Under the pieces are notes generated by a model, which did not search any database, was not told where the DNA came from, and saw only the letters and a program-made list of their open reading frames with translations. A program made the position numbers and the translations under genes. DNA of 64,000 bases from a virus, in the IMG/VR virus record IMGVR_UViG_3300044857_000313, positions 1 through 64,000 of that record, one strand, 5' to 3'. This document shows positions 1 through 9,473 of the stretch, piece after piece (the stretch's first letter is position 1; every line of letters starts with the position of its first letter).

Positions 1-111
1 TGCATTATCAACATCAATAGATTCACTCTCTGTTAAGCTATTGACAGGAGCTTCCCCAATGCCTGAAAGAATCAGATTGATTGCGTCTAACTCTGTGGAT
101 ACAAATAGCAT
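1..111 (-). CDS. tail tubular protein A (T7 gp11-like), 5' fragment cut by window edge
   Basis: nt 1-157 identical to 43556-43712, the 5' end of ORF 43100..43666; start codon at 109-111. Confidence 0.7.
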   Translation of the reverse strand, partial: MLFVSTELDAINLILSGIGEAPVNSLTESESIDVDNA

Positions 112-126
112 CTTTTCACTCCCTTT

Positions 127-160
127 AAAAGAATAAAAAGGGGAGCATTACACTCCCCTA
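127..160 (-). terminator. hairpin plus U-tract immediately downstream of major capsid gene (position of T7 T-phi)
   Basis: minus-strand RNA GGGGAG-UGUAAUG-CUCCCC followed by UUUUUAUUCUUUU; identical copy at 43682-43714. Confidence 0.6.
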
Positions 161-177
161 TAACTCTCAACAATCTA

Positions 178-1191
178 CTAAGCAGGATTGTTAATAACAC
201 CCATAAAGGTAGATTCAGGACGAAGACCACCAATACCAATAGCATACTTAGCAATAAGCTGGTCTGCCTGATATTCAGCACGACGTGCCGTTTCAAAGCT
301 AATGTCTTTCAGGGACAAGACACCAACAGAAGATTTGTGACAAATCAAAAGCGGAGACTTGCTTGCATAGGTCGACGGGAACGCATGCCCATCACCCTGG
401 ATGGTATTCGTCGGGTCATCACCACCCTGTGCCAGATGAGGGCATTCAATAATCTGGAAGCCATCCATGCTGATAATATTGGAATTAGTCAGCGTAGCGG
501 CGGCACCATAATTGCTGTTCAAGAAATCAAGGTTCGTTGCCAGTGCGGCGTGAATTTCAGGAGTTACGAAGCAATAACGGTCCCCCTGCGGAACATAGTT
601 AGCGGCCATTTTAGCTTTAACTTCCAACAGAATATCCCGGACTGCGATACCTGTTTCTTTGTTAATGCCAAGAGTGGTACCTGTTGCGAGAATCTTTTCA
701 ACGACGCCACCTTTACCAAGGCCCGCAACGTTTTCAGAAGTGTTCAGCGCTTCCTTAGCAACCTCTGCGAGAATAGACGCATCCATGGAAATTGCCAGTG
801 CTTCGCCAAGCTGGGTAGCATACGGAGAACGGAAATCATAATGTGCGATAAATTCATCAAGGTCAAATACCAAGCAGTCCGTCGTCAACAGACCATCAAT
901 AACGATGGTACGTTCACCCTGCTGAATGTTTTCCCGAAGGTCATCAAGGCTCGTACCACTTTTCAGGTAATGGGCTTTAGTACGACCGAATACAGGAAAC
1001 TGAGCAGATTTACCACTCTGAATTGTACGTTTGATAAATTTACCCTTCGTTACGGAAGCACGTGCAAATGCCGTGAGAGTTTCACCACTAAATACTTTAA
1101 GGGCAAGGGCAAGTTTGTCGGCAGCTGTGGTTACCTGAGTACCAATCGCCATAGGAGTTGCAATTTTAATATCTGCCATAATTAATATCAT
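178..1191 (-). CDS. major capsid protein (T7 gp10-like), copy A
   Basis: 337-aa ORF with gp10 motifs DKLALxLKVFxGExLTAFAR, SGKSAQFPVxGRT, QADQxIAKYAxGxGGLRPE; SD spacing favours Met at 1179 (MADIKI). Confidence 0.9.
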   Translation of the reverse strand: MILIMADIKIATPMAIGTQVTTAADKLALALKVFSGETLTAFARASVTKGKFIKRTIQSGKSAQFPVFGRTKAHYLKSGTSLDDLRENIQQGERTIVIDGLLTTDCLVFDLDEFIAHYDFRSPYATQLGEALAISMDASILAEVAKEALNTSENVAGLGKGGVVEKILATGTTLGINKETGIAVRDILLEVKAKMAANYVPQGDRYCFVTPEIHAALATNLDFLNSNYGAAATLTNSNIISMDGFQIIECPHLAQGGDDPTNTIQGDGHAFPSTYASKSPLLICHKSSVGVLSLKDISFETARRAEYQADQLIAKYAIGIGGLRPESTFMGVINNPA

Positions 1192-1280
1192 CCACCTTTC
1201 AAAATAGAAAATTATATAGAGAAAGACACCAAAGAATTAGTGTGTCTTAATCACCAAATTGTATTGGCTATTACAATTTA

Positions 1281-2078
1281 TTAGAACAATTTAGAATATT
1301 TTACTTTTCGATACACTTCACGCGTAAACTTTGCGTCTTTCTGATACCGAGGGTCGGACATGTCCTTAATCATTTCATCCGTCGATTCATAGCCACTGCG
1401 GTCTACAGACGGAGCGGCATTGCCAACGATAGAAGGACGCTGAGTACCATACTGTTTCACCATCTGACCTTTAATACCTTCAAGGGTCATGCGAATCTGC
1501 ATCAGATTTTCACTGTCTAAGGTAGCATTAAATGCATTAATGACATCCTGATTCTGGGAAGACACGAATTGCTGAATACGTGTAAATTCTTCCTGACCCC
1601 CTGCCAATGAATATACATCACTGACAAAGCGAGTGGAAGCGGCTTCCCAACCAGCCAACATACCATCAACAACGGCTTTCGGATACCCTGCTTTCTCAAG
1701 TGTTTCATAAGACTGCTGACTGAGCCCACCATTGTTCATGTATTCATTTTCAAGACCTGTAAAGTCTACACCCTTGCTTACTAAATCCTTTTCAGCACTA
1801 TCAAGGGCAGTATGTGCTGTAGACAACTGCTGTTCTGTAGTCTGTTCACCTTTCGGAGCTTCTTCCTGTGTGTCTGTCTGTGTTTCAGCGCTCTGTGTGC
1901 CCATAGCCTGATTATCTTCATTGGCTACATCATCCAACACATTGTCCACACTTTCTGCGGTGTCTTTCATAGAAATCTGGGTATTAGAAGATGTTGTTAC
2001 AGTTACATTATCAACCGTCTGTTCAGGCTGTGTGTCTGTCTGCTGAGTATCAACTACTTTGTTTTCGTTTTCATCCAT
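1281..2078 (-). CDS. scaffolding protein (gp9 position), copy A
   Basis: 265-aa acidic Q/T/E-rich ORF between portal and capsid genes. Confidence 0.65.
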   Translation of the reverse strand: MDENENKVVDTQQTDTQPEQTVDNVTVTTSSNTQISMKDTAESVDNVLDDVANEDNQAMGTQSAETQTDTQEEAPKGEQTTEQQLSTAHTALDSAEKDLVSKGVDFTGLENEYMNNGGLSQQSYETLEKAGYPKAVVDGMLAGWEAASTRFVSDVYSLAGGQEEFTRIQQFVSSQNQDVINAFNATLDSENLMQIRMTLEGIKGQMVKQYGTQRPSIVGNAAPSVDRSGYESTDEMIKDMSDPRYQKDAKFTREVYRKVKYSKLF

Positions 2079-2093
2079 TATTTATCAATCTCC

Positions 2094-3647
2094 TTATTGT
2101 TGATTATTGTCCATCATTCCTTGCGCAATAGGTGACGCCATCTGCTGTGCCATCTGTGCTTGCATCATTTGAGCCTGCATGGCCTGATATTCCTCATCAC
2201 TCATGACGAGGGAATCCGCATCAAGACCAAGTGCTGTACCAATCTGCGAAAGAACATTGCCTGTCTTCAAACGCTGTTGGAAGTCAGGAAGTACCGAACA
2301 TGTCTGTAAGAACTGTTCAATCTTTGTCAGATCATGTCCACGACCTAACGCTTCCATACCTGTTACAATGTGTGTCTGGACACCATCACTGCCCTGTGGA
2401 ATATCAGGGAGTGCGCCTTGTGCCATAAGCTGTGCCATAAGACACTGGACAAGGGGTAACTGCAATTCCAAAGACAACAAAGAATAAATATTGCCTACGC
2501 TGTCCTCAAGCTCATTTGCCACATAACGAATTTCTTCGGCTGTGACACGTTCAGCATTACGCTGTACGGAGCTATTCAGCAGGAAAGCGAACGACAAATT
2601 GCTTTGTAATTCCTGCTTGTGCTGATAGGCCACCTGCAAGTCACTCACCTTATTCAGCTGGAAAGCAGTAATGTCCCCTTCCTTCCCTTTGAAGAAATCC
2701 CCACTCTGTGCGTCTTTCAGCTTATCGACACGGAGCTGAGAAGAAGGATTCACAAGGAACAATGCGAAAGCAGACAACGTCGCCATTTCGGCAATAGATT
2801 TACTGATAGAGTTCAGGGACTTCAAATCACCATAGTATTCATCCACATAGGAACGACCATAGGCTTCTCCATCCATCTTACGGAGTCGCAAGGGAATCCA
2901 AGGAACCTTATCCCTAGGAAATTCCTGTTCGCTACCTTTGATAATCTGCCCTTCAATCTCTTGATACATTTCAAAGGTTTCACCATCAGCAAGATATACA
3001 TGAGTGTAAAGCTCTACATTCTTGTCTGGTGAAACGTCTGTACCTTCTACACACGCCTGTGCTTCGGGGGGCAAGGCGGCATAACTAATGCTATCTTTCG
3101 CAATCAGTTCAATCCAATTACCCGTACCATCTCGAACAACCACATAGTTATTCAGACGATATAATTTAATACCGCCTGTCTGAGGGGGCAGATACAGTAA
3201 ACAGTTACCTGCCACGATGAGCTGTAAGACACCCTCGCTGATAGTGATACGACAACGATTAGTTTCCATGTAGTCCATGAGCTGTCTTTCAATAGCCCCC
3301 ATGAGCTTGTCAATCTTTGTCATCGCTGAGGTGTCACCCTGCTGTGCTACTTGCTGTTTAGCCATGTCCCCAAGCTCCAATTTGAAGAAAGGCTCATTTG
3401 GTGGGAACAAAGCAAGCATAATTTTAGCCGCAAGGTTATTGACACCTCTAGCCCCAATGCTCTGATAGGGTGTCTCATACTCTGTGGTAGAGGTAGCATT
3501 TTCATCAGGGAACAGCATAGGAATCGTAATCTTTGCGTTCTTTACCGCTCTGTCTACATACACCTTTCTATCGGACACCAATTTATCATAACGAGATTTT
3601 GCGGTATCTGTCCGATAAAATGTATTGGTGTCTACGCTACTACTCAT
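2094..3647 (-). CDS. portal / head-tail connector (T7 gp8-like), copy A
   Basis: 517-aa ORF; gp8 motifs GARGVNNLAAKIMLALFP, VVAGNxLLYLP, YGRSYVDEYYGDLKSL, RVTAEEIRYVANELED, LSLELQLPLV. Confidence 0.9.
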   Translation of the reverse strand: MSSSVDTNTFYRTDTAKSRYDKLVSDRKVYVDRAVKNAKITIPMLFPDENATSTTEYETPYQSIGARGVNNLAAKIMLALFPPNEPFFKLELGDMAKQQVAQQGDTSAMTKIDKLMGAIERQLMDYMETNRCRITISEGVLQLIVAGNCLLYLPPQTGGIKLYRLNNYVVVRDGTGNWIELIAKDSISYAALPPEAQACVEGTDVSPDKNVELYTHVYLADGETFEMYQEIEGQIIKGSEQEFPRDKVPWIPLRLRKMDGEAYGRSYVDEYYGDLKSLNSISKSIAEMATLSAFALFLVNPSSQLRVDKLKDAQSGDFFKGKEGDITAFQLNKVSDLQVAYQHKQELQSNLSFAFLLNSSVQRNAERVTAEEIRYVANELEDSVGNIYSLLSLELQLPLVQCLMAQLMAQGALPDIPQGSDGVQTHIVTGMEALGRGHDLTKIEQFLQTCSVLPDFQQRLKTGNVLSQIGTALGLDADSLVMSDEEYQAMQAQMMQAQMAQQMASPIAQGMMDNNQQ

Positions 3648-3943
3648 AAGTTAATACCTGAACCGCTACCACTGGAACCCGCAGACGAGGAAACATAGAG
3701 CGAGTTTTTACCACGCTTCTTTTTCTGGTTCTGCACTGCGGCATCATATTCAGCCTGTTCCGTTGCTGTGGGAGCAGGGGCGGCACTAGGAGTAACTACA
3801 ACCTGCTGGTCACTCCCTGCTACACTATTTTGATAACCACCTAAAATACCCCCTGTAACAGCGCCTACGGTGTTCTTTACGACCCCTGTAATACCATGCC
3901 ATGCGTTAGACACCGTGTGTCCTAACCAACCGCCACTCGACAT
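3644..3943 (-). CDS. small Gly/Ser-rich protein, paralog 2 (MSSGGWLG...)
   Basis: 99-aa ORF, shares N-terminal MSSGGWLG and C-terminal KKKRxK..SLYV..GS-rich tail with adjacent ORF; conserved in copy B. Confidence 0.55.
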   Translation of the reverse strand: MSSGGWLGHTVSNAWHGITGVVKNTVGAVTGGILGGYQNSVAGSDQQVVVTPSAAPAPTATEQAEYDAAVQNQKKKRGKNSLYVSSSAGSSGSGSGINL

Positions 3944-4239
3944 TAAAGACCACTCCTTCCTGTATAATCCCCTGTGGAACCTGTACCACTCGTACCATTA
4001 TTTACATACAAGCTAGACAGTCCACGTTTATTTCTTTTCTTCTGAGAGTATGTTGTATCATCACCCATTACAGGTGCATCAGGTGTCTGCGCTGTTGTAC
4101 TAGACACCAAGTCAGATGCCTTTACTGTCGGACTATAGTTATCTGATGCACTATAGGTCTGACTTCCTGCTCCTGTGATACTGGAGATAATCTTCATGGG
4201 AAGACTCAGTAAACTTCCCAACCAACCACCACTAGACAT
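3943..4239 (-). CDS. small Gly/Ser-rich protein, paralog 1 (MSSGGWLG...)
   Basis: 98-aa ORF, tandem paralog of 3644..3943; conserved in copy B. Confidence 0.55.
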   Translation of the reverse strand: MSSGGWLGSLLSLPMKIISSITGAGSQTYSASDNYSPTVKASDLVSSTTAQTPDAPVMGDDTTYSQKKRNKRGLSSLYVNNGTSGTGSTGDYTGRSGL

Positions 4240-4241
4240 AA

Positions 4242-4424
4242 TCAGTCCTTCCTTTCTGCGAGATTATGAAGAACGGAAATAATTTCAGTACACCCCTGCA
4301 TGTACCCCATACGAATATCATTGTTGTCTACATCTGCATTGATGAAGAAATCAGGAGTGTAGATAGCCTTTAGATAATCCACGACATCACGAGGGACAAA
4401 AGGTAATTCATCATGCATAATCAT
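4242..4424 (-). CDS. hypothetical protein (60 aa)
   Basis: ORF identical at protein level to copy B 47787..47969, tightly packed between neighbours. Confidence 0.5.
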   Translation of the reverse strand: MIMHDELPFVPRDVVDYLKAIYTPDFFINADVDNNDIRMGYMQGCTEIISVLHNLAERKD

Positions 4425-4895
4425 CTAATCCATCTCCTTCAAATAGGATTCGCCATAGACAACAAAGCCGTGTTTCTTATACATGTTACGAACAATCGGC
4501 GTGTCTTGAACCATGCTACTACCTGAGCAGATCATGACACATTCATTATCACGTGCAATGTCCTCCAATAGCTGGACTGCAAATCGTCCAAAGCCATTAG
4601 GTTTTGTGTCTATGGAAGCCACCAAATCTTCCACCAATACAGGGCCATCAATCCACCAAAGCCTGACCACATTGCAAGCTAAAATACCTGCATATTTCCC
4701 CTGTTCATCTGCAAAGACAGCTAATGTGCCAAGCTTCTGCATTTTCCACATCTGCTGTGCTAAATCCTGAACGGACTTTCTGTGTCTAAACAAAGGCGTC
4801 GGATTTTTATCTGCTTTATGTGTAATGGCTGTTACAATAATTTCCATATCGTCAAGTGTTACATCCTTCACGAGTGTAAACTTTGAGGTGTCCAT
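4425..4895 (-). CDS. putative GNAT-family acetyltransferase
   Basis: 156-aa ORF; motif-A-like KPNGFGRFAVQLLEDIA and C-terminal YKKHGF, weak by-eye call. Confidence 0.4.
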   Translation of the reverse strand: MDTSKFTLVKDVTLDDMEIIVTAITHKADKNPTPLFRHRKSVQDLAQQMWKMQKLGTLAVFADEQGKYAGILACNVVRLWWIDGPVLVEDLVASIDTKPNGFGRFAVQLLEDIARDNECVMICSGSSMVQDTPIVRNMYKKHGFVVYGESYLKEMD

Positions 4896-5647
4896 AATTT
4901 TACCTTTCCTTTCTCATAATCTCCATTCTGTAAGATATGTGCCACATGAGCCTGTAAGAGTGCATCATCTTCTGTAAGGTTTGCTTTTTTAAAACACTCA
5001 ACAACAGCTTCCCATGTGGGATTATCATCTAAAATACGTTCTGCTCTCACCTTGCCAATTTTCGGACAACCTGTGTAGTTATCCGCTGTGTCCCCTACAA
5101 GAGTCTGATAGAGCAGATTATAGTTTGCTTCTTCCTGTGTCACCTCTACCAAGGTGTCTGTCAGGAAGTTATAAATCTTTGTTGGTATCGTCTGCATATC
5201 TTTATCAGCAGAGATAATGATGTTGTTTCCTTTGTACTTTCCTGTAGCCAATAGGCCGATAACATCATCTGCTTCTAGGGTGTCTAATTGTTCAGACACC
5301 CAATTATCACGCACCCATTGTTTAAGTGCATGATAGGCAACAGGCTTTCTTTTACCAACACGATTCAGCTTGTATGTAGGCAACAGCTTCTTTCTAAAGT
5401 TGTTGTCATCATCCGAAAAAGCATAGACAACATTTACATTCCCTGAATACTGGTCAAGCTCCAAGGCCCTCTGAATCCAAGCATCCATATGGTCTTGTAA
5501 GTATGCAAGGGCTTCGTTGAAATCTACATGAAGCGTCCAAATATCGTCACCCCAGTTAATCTCACATTCACAAGAGGAACAGGCACGATACACAGCCATG
5601 TCAGCATCCACAAGGATTGTGATAGGTTTCTTCATCGGCTTATACAT
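4868..5647 (-). CDS. 5'-3' exonuclease (T7 gp6-like / FEN family), copy A
   Basis: motifs ILVDADM, FRKKLLPTYKLNR, EADDVIG, IISADKDMQTIP, GDTADNYTG; start set at Met with GAGGAAG SD (ORF track extends to 5776). Confidence 0.75.
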   Translation of the reverse strand: MYKPMKKPITILVDADMAVYRACSSCECEINWGDDIWTLHVDFNEALAYLQDHMDAWIQRALELDQYSGNVNVVYAFSDDDNNFRKKLLPTYKLNRVGKRKPVAYHALKQWVRDNWVSEQLDTLEADDVIGLLATGKYKGNNIIISADKDMQTIPTKIYNFLTDTLVEVTQEEANYNLLYQTLVGDTADNYTGCPKIGKVRAERILDDNPTWEAVVECFKKANLTEDDALLQAHVAHILQNGDYEKGKVKLWTPQSLHS

Positions 5648-5891
5648 TTGCGTCTTCCTCTTCATCCGTAGCAGGGACATAAAGACCACAACGACATGTA
5701 CTGTAGTTACGCATGTACTTACAAGGGCAAATGGTGTCTTTCGTCTTGCTAGGCTGGCAAGGACAATAACCATCATTCAGAGCCAAGCGACCACGAATAG
5801 TATCATAGACAGTCTGGTTTCTTGTCACCTGCATATGGCGTTCCTTGAGGAATTTACTGTTGTCTCCATAAATGGTATGCATCGCTGTCAT
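5640..5891 (-). CDS. Cys-rich protein resembling ferredoxin-thioredoxin reductase catalytic subunit
   Basis: 83-aa ORF with CPC-x9-CPC-x8-CRC (FTR catalytic chain has CPC..CPC-x8-CHC). Confidence 0.4.
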   Translation of the reverse strand: MTAMHTIYGDNSKFLKERHMQVTRNQTVYDTIRGRLALNDGYCPCQPSKTKDTICPCKYMRNYSTCRCGLYVPATDEEEDANV

Positions 5892-6502
5892 TAGACCACC
5901 CCCAAATCTTTCGCTTTCGGAAGCGCTTCAATCCAATCACAAACAACTTTCCATTCAGGGAGTCTATGATTCTTTCGCTGTGCATAGATGTTTTTGAGCT
6001 GTAAGTAGTTCGTTGTCATCCGAGCTGTCAGCAACAGGCCGCTAGGATAGCTGTAGATCATACGTCGCCAGTTTTCTTCACTAGGATTCTGATTGTAGTC
6101 CCTCACGATATCAAGGAACAAATCAATGATTTTACGGTCTGTATAAGAGATGAAGCGAACGTCCATCTTTGCCAGCATGTGCATAGCGGACATGGAAGAC
6201 ACAAAATCAAGAAAATGATAACGCTGTGCTTCGGGCCACGCCTGTTTTGTAAGCGTCAAATCAAACTGGACAATGATACCTTTAAGGTAACAATCATGAC
6301 CACTGCCAGCAGGTGCTTTACCAAGACGTACAGCACGTTTCATATCACCATTGGTAGCCCCACGTGTTTCTAAATTACACGGATTGATTTTATCCGCCAT
6401 AGGGTAGCCAGACGCTACAATAGATTCATCAAGTCCATAGACGTATGTGTTATCAATGATGTTATAATCATGCTTTTTCATATTTATTGTGTCTCCTTTC
6501 AT
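5891..6502 (-). CDS. divergent ThyX-like (Thy1-fold) protein, function uncertain
   Basis: 203-aa ORF; GHDCYLKGIIVQFDL...QRYHFLDFVSSMS parallels ThyX GHxSvlEh..F.i..SR...RHR...S but RHR is not conserved. Confidence 0.3.
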   Translation of the reverse strand: MKGDTINMKKHDYNIIDNTYVYGLDESIVASGYPMADKINPCNLETRGATNGDMKRAVRLGKAPAGSGHDCYLKGIIVQFDLTLTKQAWPEAQRYHFLDFVSSMSAMHMLAKMDVRFISYTDRKIIDLFLDIVRDYNQNPSEENWRRMIYSYPSGLLLTARMTTNYLQLKNIYAQRKNHRLPEWKVVCDWIEALPKAKDLGVV

Positions 6503-6644
6503 TCTTAGACAATTCCTTTTTCATCTCTGCGGACTGCGGATATGTGACATGTCCACACGAACATGTAATCTCTTCTACATTCTTTGCACAGCCTGTAACC
6601 AAGGTACGGCCACATTTTTTACAACGGATACGTTTTGCGTACAT
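6468..6644 (-). CDS. small zinc-ribbon protein
   Basis: CKKCG-x17-CSCG; start set at MYAKR with GGGGG SD just after DNAP stop. Confidence 0.45.
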   Translation of the reverse strand: MYAKRIRCKKCGRTLVTGCAKNVEEITCSCGHVTYPQSAEMKKELSKNERRHNKYEKA

Positions 6645-6654
6645 AAAATACCCC

Positions 6655-7206
6655 CTAATGACAATCAAACCAATTATGACCAATGATACCCTCTGTATCC
6701 AACTGGACATGAAAGTTGAAATATTCCTGTGTGTCTCTCATCGCCTGTTGCGCTTCTTCACACACAATCTTTGCTATCTCTTCGGTACGACATGCAATCT
6801 GTTGCTCATCATGAATCCAAGCCATCAATGCAAAATCGCCCTCCCATCCATGTCTCAATCCTCTCGCCAATAATCGCTCCTCTGTCGTGACAATCCACTT
6901 CTTGCATATCAAAGCGCCAGCTGATTGCAAGAGCAGATTTAAGGCACTGTGAGGACTTCTTACATGTAGTTTGCGTCTGTCAAGACCATAGAGGAAATGA
7001 CGTTTCCATGTGACTTTAGGTTTCCCATGTGTGCTTTTAAAATCAATAGGATAGACAAGCGCATTTTCTACGGCCTGTCTGAGCTTCGCAATGGCAGGGA
7101 TAGCCTTATTGAATTTCTTCTTAATCTGCTTCCCCTGTCCTGCTGTACCCCCTATGATTTTTCCAATCTTTGCATCCCCTGCACCATATAAATAGGCGTA
7201 AATGTT
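6655..7206 (-). CDS. DNA polymerase (T7 gp5-like) copy A, 3' segment (from motif B IYAYLYGAG to C-terminus)
   Basis: stop-to-stop frame encodes (N)IYAYLYGAGDAKIG...HNWFDCH, collinear with residues 459-639 of intact copy B; no in-frame start, TAA at 7207-7209. Confidence 0.85.
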   Translation of the reverse strand, partial: NIYAYLYGAGDAKIGKIIGGTAGQGKQIKKKFNKAIPAIAKLRQAVENALVYPIDFKSTHGKPKVTWKRHFLYGLDRRKLHVRSPHSALNLLLQSAGALICKKWIVTTEERLLARGLRHGWEGDFALMAWIHDEQQIACRTEEIAKIVCEEAQQAMRDTQEYFNFHVQLDTEGIIGHNWFDCH

Positions 7207-7891
7207 TTAATGTTCCCATGAGTTCGCTACTCTCATAGCGTTCAAAACGAACTGCTATATGTCACCATATAGAACAGACTATCTCTTTACAGAAGCCTCT
7301 GTATCCACCGCTTCCCTCTGCTTAGAGGTACTCCCTTTCGGGATAGTCGTTACACTTTGCAAGTAGTGATAAGCATTTTGTAGCAAGGACGAATCTTCTT
7401 GAAACAGTCCTAATGCTCTATTACAATTATGACAAAGAAGGCCTCTCACATTTCCTGTTTCATGATCATGGTCAACCACAAGACACCCTGAATGATTAGT
7501 ACCCATCGGAAAATTCTCTTTACCACAAATTTTGCATACAAAGTTCTGTGACTCTGCAATTTCCAAATATCCATCTAAAGATATCCCGTAGACACGTTTG
7601 TAATAAGCATCTGCTACCCCATAGTTTTTACACTCATCTGAACAATAAAGTTCTGAGGGTGCTTTAGGGATAAATTCCTTATGGCATTTCTTACATCTCT
7701 TAGGTTTGAAATAGCCTTGTGGATACTTAGAAGGAGTTGCTGTCTGTTCTTTCTTAGGTTTATTCCAATCACGTAACAGTTTATGTAAGTATTCTTCTTT
7801 TGTCATATAATCACCTCTTGCCTTAGCACGGTATTGTCTTATTCCTAAGATGTTCACCGTTTTCAATGGATTTATAGACGCCCATTTAGTT
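7204..7891 (-). mobile_element. 688-nt intervening sequence splitting DNA polymerase A (intron-like, carries HNH gene)
   Basis: absent from copy B, where AAGACGTTT|ATCTACGC is continuous; P1-like AGACGUUU/GGGCGUCU and P10-like UAAAU/AUUUA pairings at its 5' end. Confidence 0.7.
7279..7806 (-). CDS. HNH / endonuclease VII-type homing endonuclease
   Basis: LVVDHDHETGNVRGLLCHNCNRALG plus N-terminal CxxC..CxxxC; start set at MTKEEY with GAGGTG SD (ORF open to 7866). Confidence 0.8.
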   Translation of the reverse strand: MTKEEYLHKLLRDWNKPKKEQTATPSKYPQGYFKPKRCKKCHKEFIPKAPSELYCSDECKNYGVADAYYKRVYGISLDGYLEIAESQNFVCKICGKENFPMGTNHSGCLVVDHDHETGNVRGLLCHNCNRALGLFQEDSSLLQNAYHYLQSVTTIPKGSTSKQREAVDTEASVKR

Positions 7892-9262
7892 AAACGTCTT
7901 CGCCTGATTGCGTGTTGGCAATCCTGCGGCTTTCTGATTCATCGTGTGAATATCACCATTCAAAATTGTATGGGCATATTGGCCCCCATCATACTTGTAC
8001 ATGAAGTGGGCAAGACAACGGAGTTCAAGACCACAAGCATCTATCCCTGCTTGCCACCATCCGTCAGGTACTCTAAAGAGTTCCCGACATTCCTTGCCAT
8101 ACGGACTGCCGACATGTGGTACTTGTGCGACGTTCGGTCTGGAATGAGTAGCACGACCACTAACAGCCCCATTAGGGATAACAGAACCATGGATATTCCC
8201 ATCCTTTCCAATCATAGACAACCAAGCATTATTGCCATCTGCAAGTTGCCCCAAACGCTTTTTGAGCATTAAGGACTCCTCAAGGACAGACACCATAGCT
8301 TTCACTTCATCGGGAGCTTGAGGGTCTTCCTTCATGAATTTCATGCTTTCATCATCAATCTTCAATCGACATTGTGACAAGTCAACATCATCTGCATCCG
8401 TGTCTTCCACATCATAACAATCAATGTTCGATGGAGAATAACCGTAATGCGTCCGCAACAGCCATTCAATCTGTTGTCTACTATTCGGATTAAAGTCTTT
8501 ATACTTCTGAACGGGAACCCCTGCTTTATAGCCAAGGCGTTTGTTGTCTCTTTTCGGTACGAAAATCTTATCAGGTACACGAGGTACGATCTGAATTAGT
8601 TTCGCTGTCAATACACCTGCTCTGGAACGCAAGGTAGCTTCCAATTCCTTTGCCTTTTCAAGGTCAAAAGGAAAGCCATTCTTTTCCTGTTTAGACATCA
8701 ACCATGCTACCTCATGTTCAAGCTTTATGGCCTTTGGTGCATAATCGTATGAAGCCAGCTTTTCATAGAGCTTTACCGTTACAACTACGTCCTGCTTATT
8801 GTAAGCAAGCATTTCAGGATTGTAACAAGCCCATGCATCTTCTTCCTCTCCATATGTACCCTTTAGTTCCCCTAAACGATACCCCCAAGCCTTTAGGCTA
8901 TGGGATTTATACAGCTTCGAGGGTAGCTGTTTCTTTCGGATAAGTCCTGCATCCATGTCTTCGATATGAGAATAGATGAGTCGTGACAAAACAAGGGTGT
9001 CTACTACATCCTTATGCATGTCGTGTGTAATCTCAAACCACGGAAAAAGTTTTGCCAAGGTGGGAAGGTCATAGTTAATAACATTGTGTCCACAAAGACA
9101 CGCCCCTCTTTTCCATGCATCATACAAATCATGGACACCTTGCTCTGCGTGTACATCATCATACTGCTTCATTTCCTGTGTGTCTGTATCATAGACACTC
9201 AGGCAGAACAGCTTCGTAACGTCGGCATATAAGCCGTTCGTTTCAATATCAAAGACTAACAT
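7886..9262 (-). CDS. DNA polymerase copy A, 5' segment (3'-5' exo domain to motif B ...NQAKTF)
   Basis: 458-aa ORF, MLVFDIETNGL exo motif; ends KTFN-stop exactly where copy B continues KTFIYAYLYG. Confidence 0.9.
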   Translation of the reverse strand: MLVFDIETNGLYADVTKLFCLSVYDTDTQEMKQYDDVHAEQGVHDLYDAWKRGACLCGHNVINYDLPTLAKLFPWFEITHDMHKDVVDTLVLSRLIYSHIEDMDAGLIRKKQLPSKLYKSHSLKAWGYRLGELKGTYGEEEDAWACYNPEMLAYNKQDVVVTVKLYEKLASYDYAPKAIKLEHEVAWLMSKQEKNGFPFDLEKAKELEATLRSRAGVLTAKLIQIVPRVPDKIFVPKRDNKRLGYKAGVPVQKYKDFNPNSRQQIEWLLRTHYGYSPSNIDCYDVEDTDADDVDLSQCRLKIDDESMKFMKEDPQAPDEVKAMVSVLEESLMLKKRLGQLADGNNAWLSMIGKDGNIHGSVIPNGAVSGRATHSRPNVAQVPHVGSPYGKECRELFRVPDGWWQAGIDACGLELRCLAHFMYKYDGGQYAHTILNGDIHTMNQKAAGLPTRNQAKTFN

Positions 9263-9275
9263 AGAACCATCCTTT

Positions 9276-9464
9276 CTATCGTAACTTTTCTAAATCTTCT
9301 GCCTCTGTATCAAGATTAAAAGCCTCATTACGGAGCTTACTCGCAAGCTCTCTCTTTTTATCAGCAAGCAAACTAATTTTCTTCTGTCGCTGTGCCTGTA
9401 CCTTAATGCTCCACTGATACAGCTTTCGCCACAAGGCATCATAGAATTTAATAAACCACATCAA
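9276..9464 (-). CDS. hypothetical protein (62 aa)
   Basis: ORF conserved in copy B (53423..53608). Confidence 0.5.
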   Translation of the reverse strand: MMWFIKFYDALWRKLYQWSIKVQAQRQKKISLLADKKRELASKLRNEAFNLDTEAEDLEKLR

Positions 9465-9473
9465 GACACCCCC

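Noticed and set aside
337-1185. Long plus-strand ORFs antisense to minus-strand genes (337..1185, 7850..8272, 13394..14077, 27464..28069, 34075..34530, 35839..36285, 58251..58925 and similar)
   Set aside because: Each lies entirely inside a minus-strand gene with clear homology and conservation between copies. Their products are low-complexity or Cys/Ser/Phe-rich and have no SD sites.
1192-1280. Phage promoter upstream of the capsid gene (by analogy with T7 phi10)
   Set aside because: The intergenic region has only a hairpin (AGACAC..GUGUCU) and no TAATTGTG(G/C)CAC core. The same holds for the other short intergenic gaps in the middle and late regions.
7204-7891. Intein in the DNA polymerase
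   Set aside because: The polymerase frame hits a TAA at 7886-7888, and the HNH ORF is in a different frame. The insert cannot be removed at the protein level.
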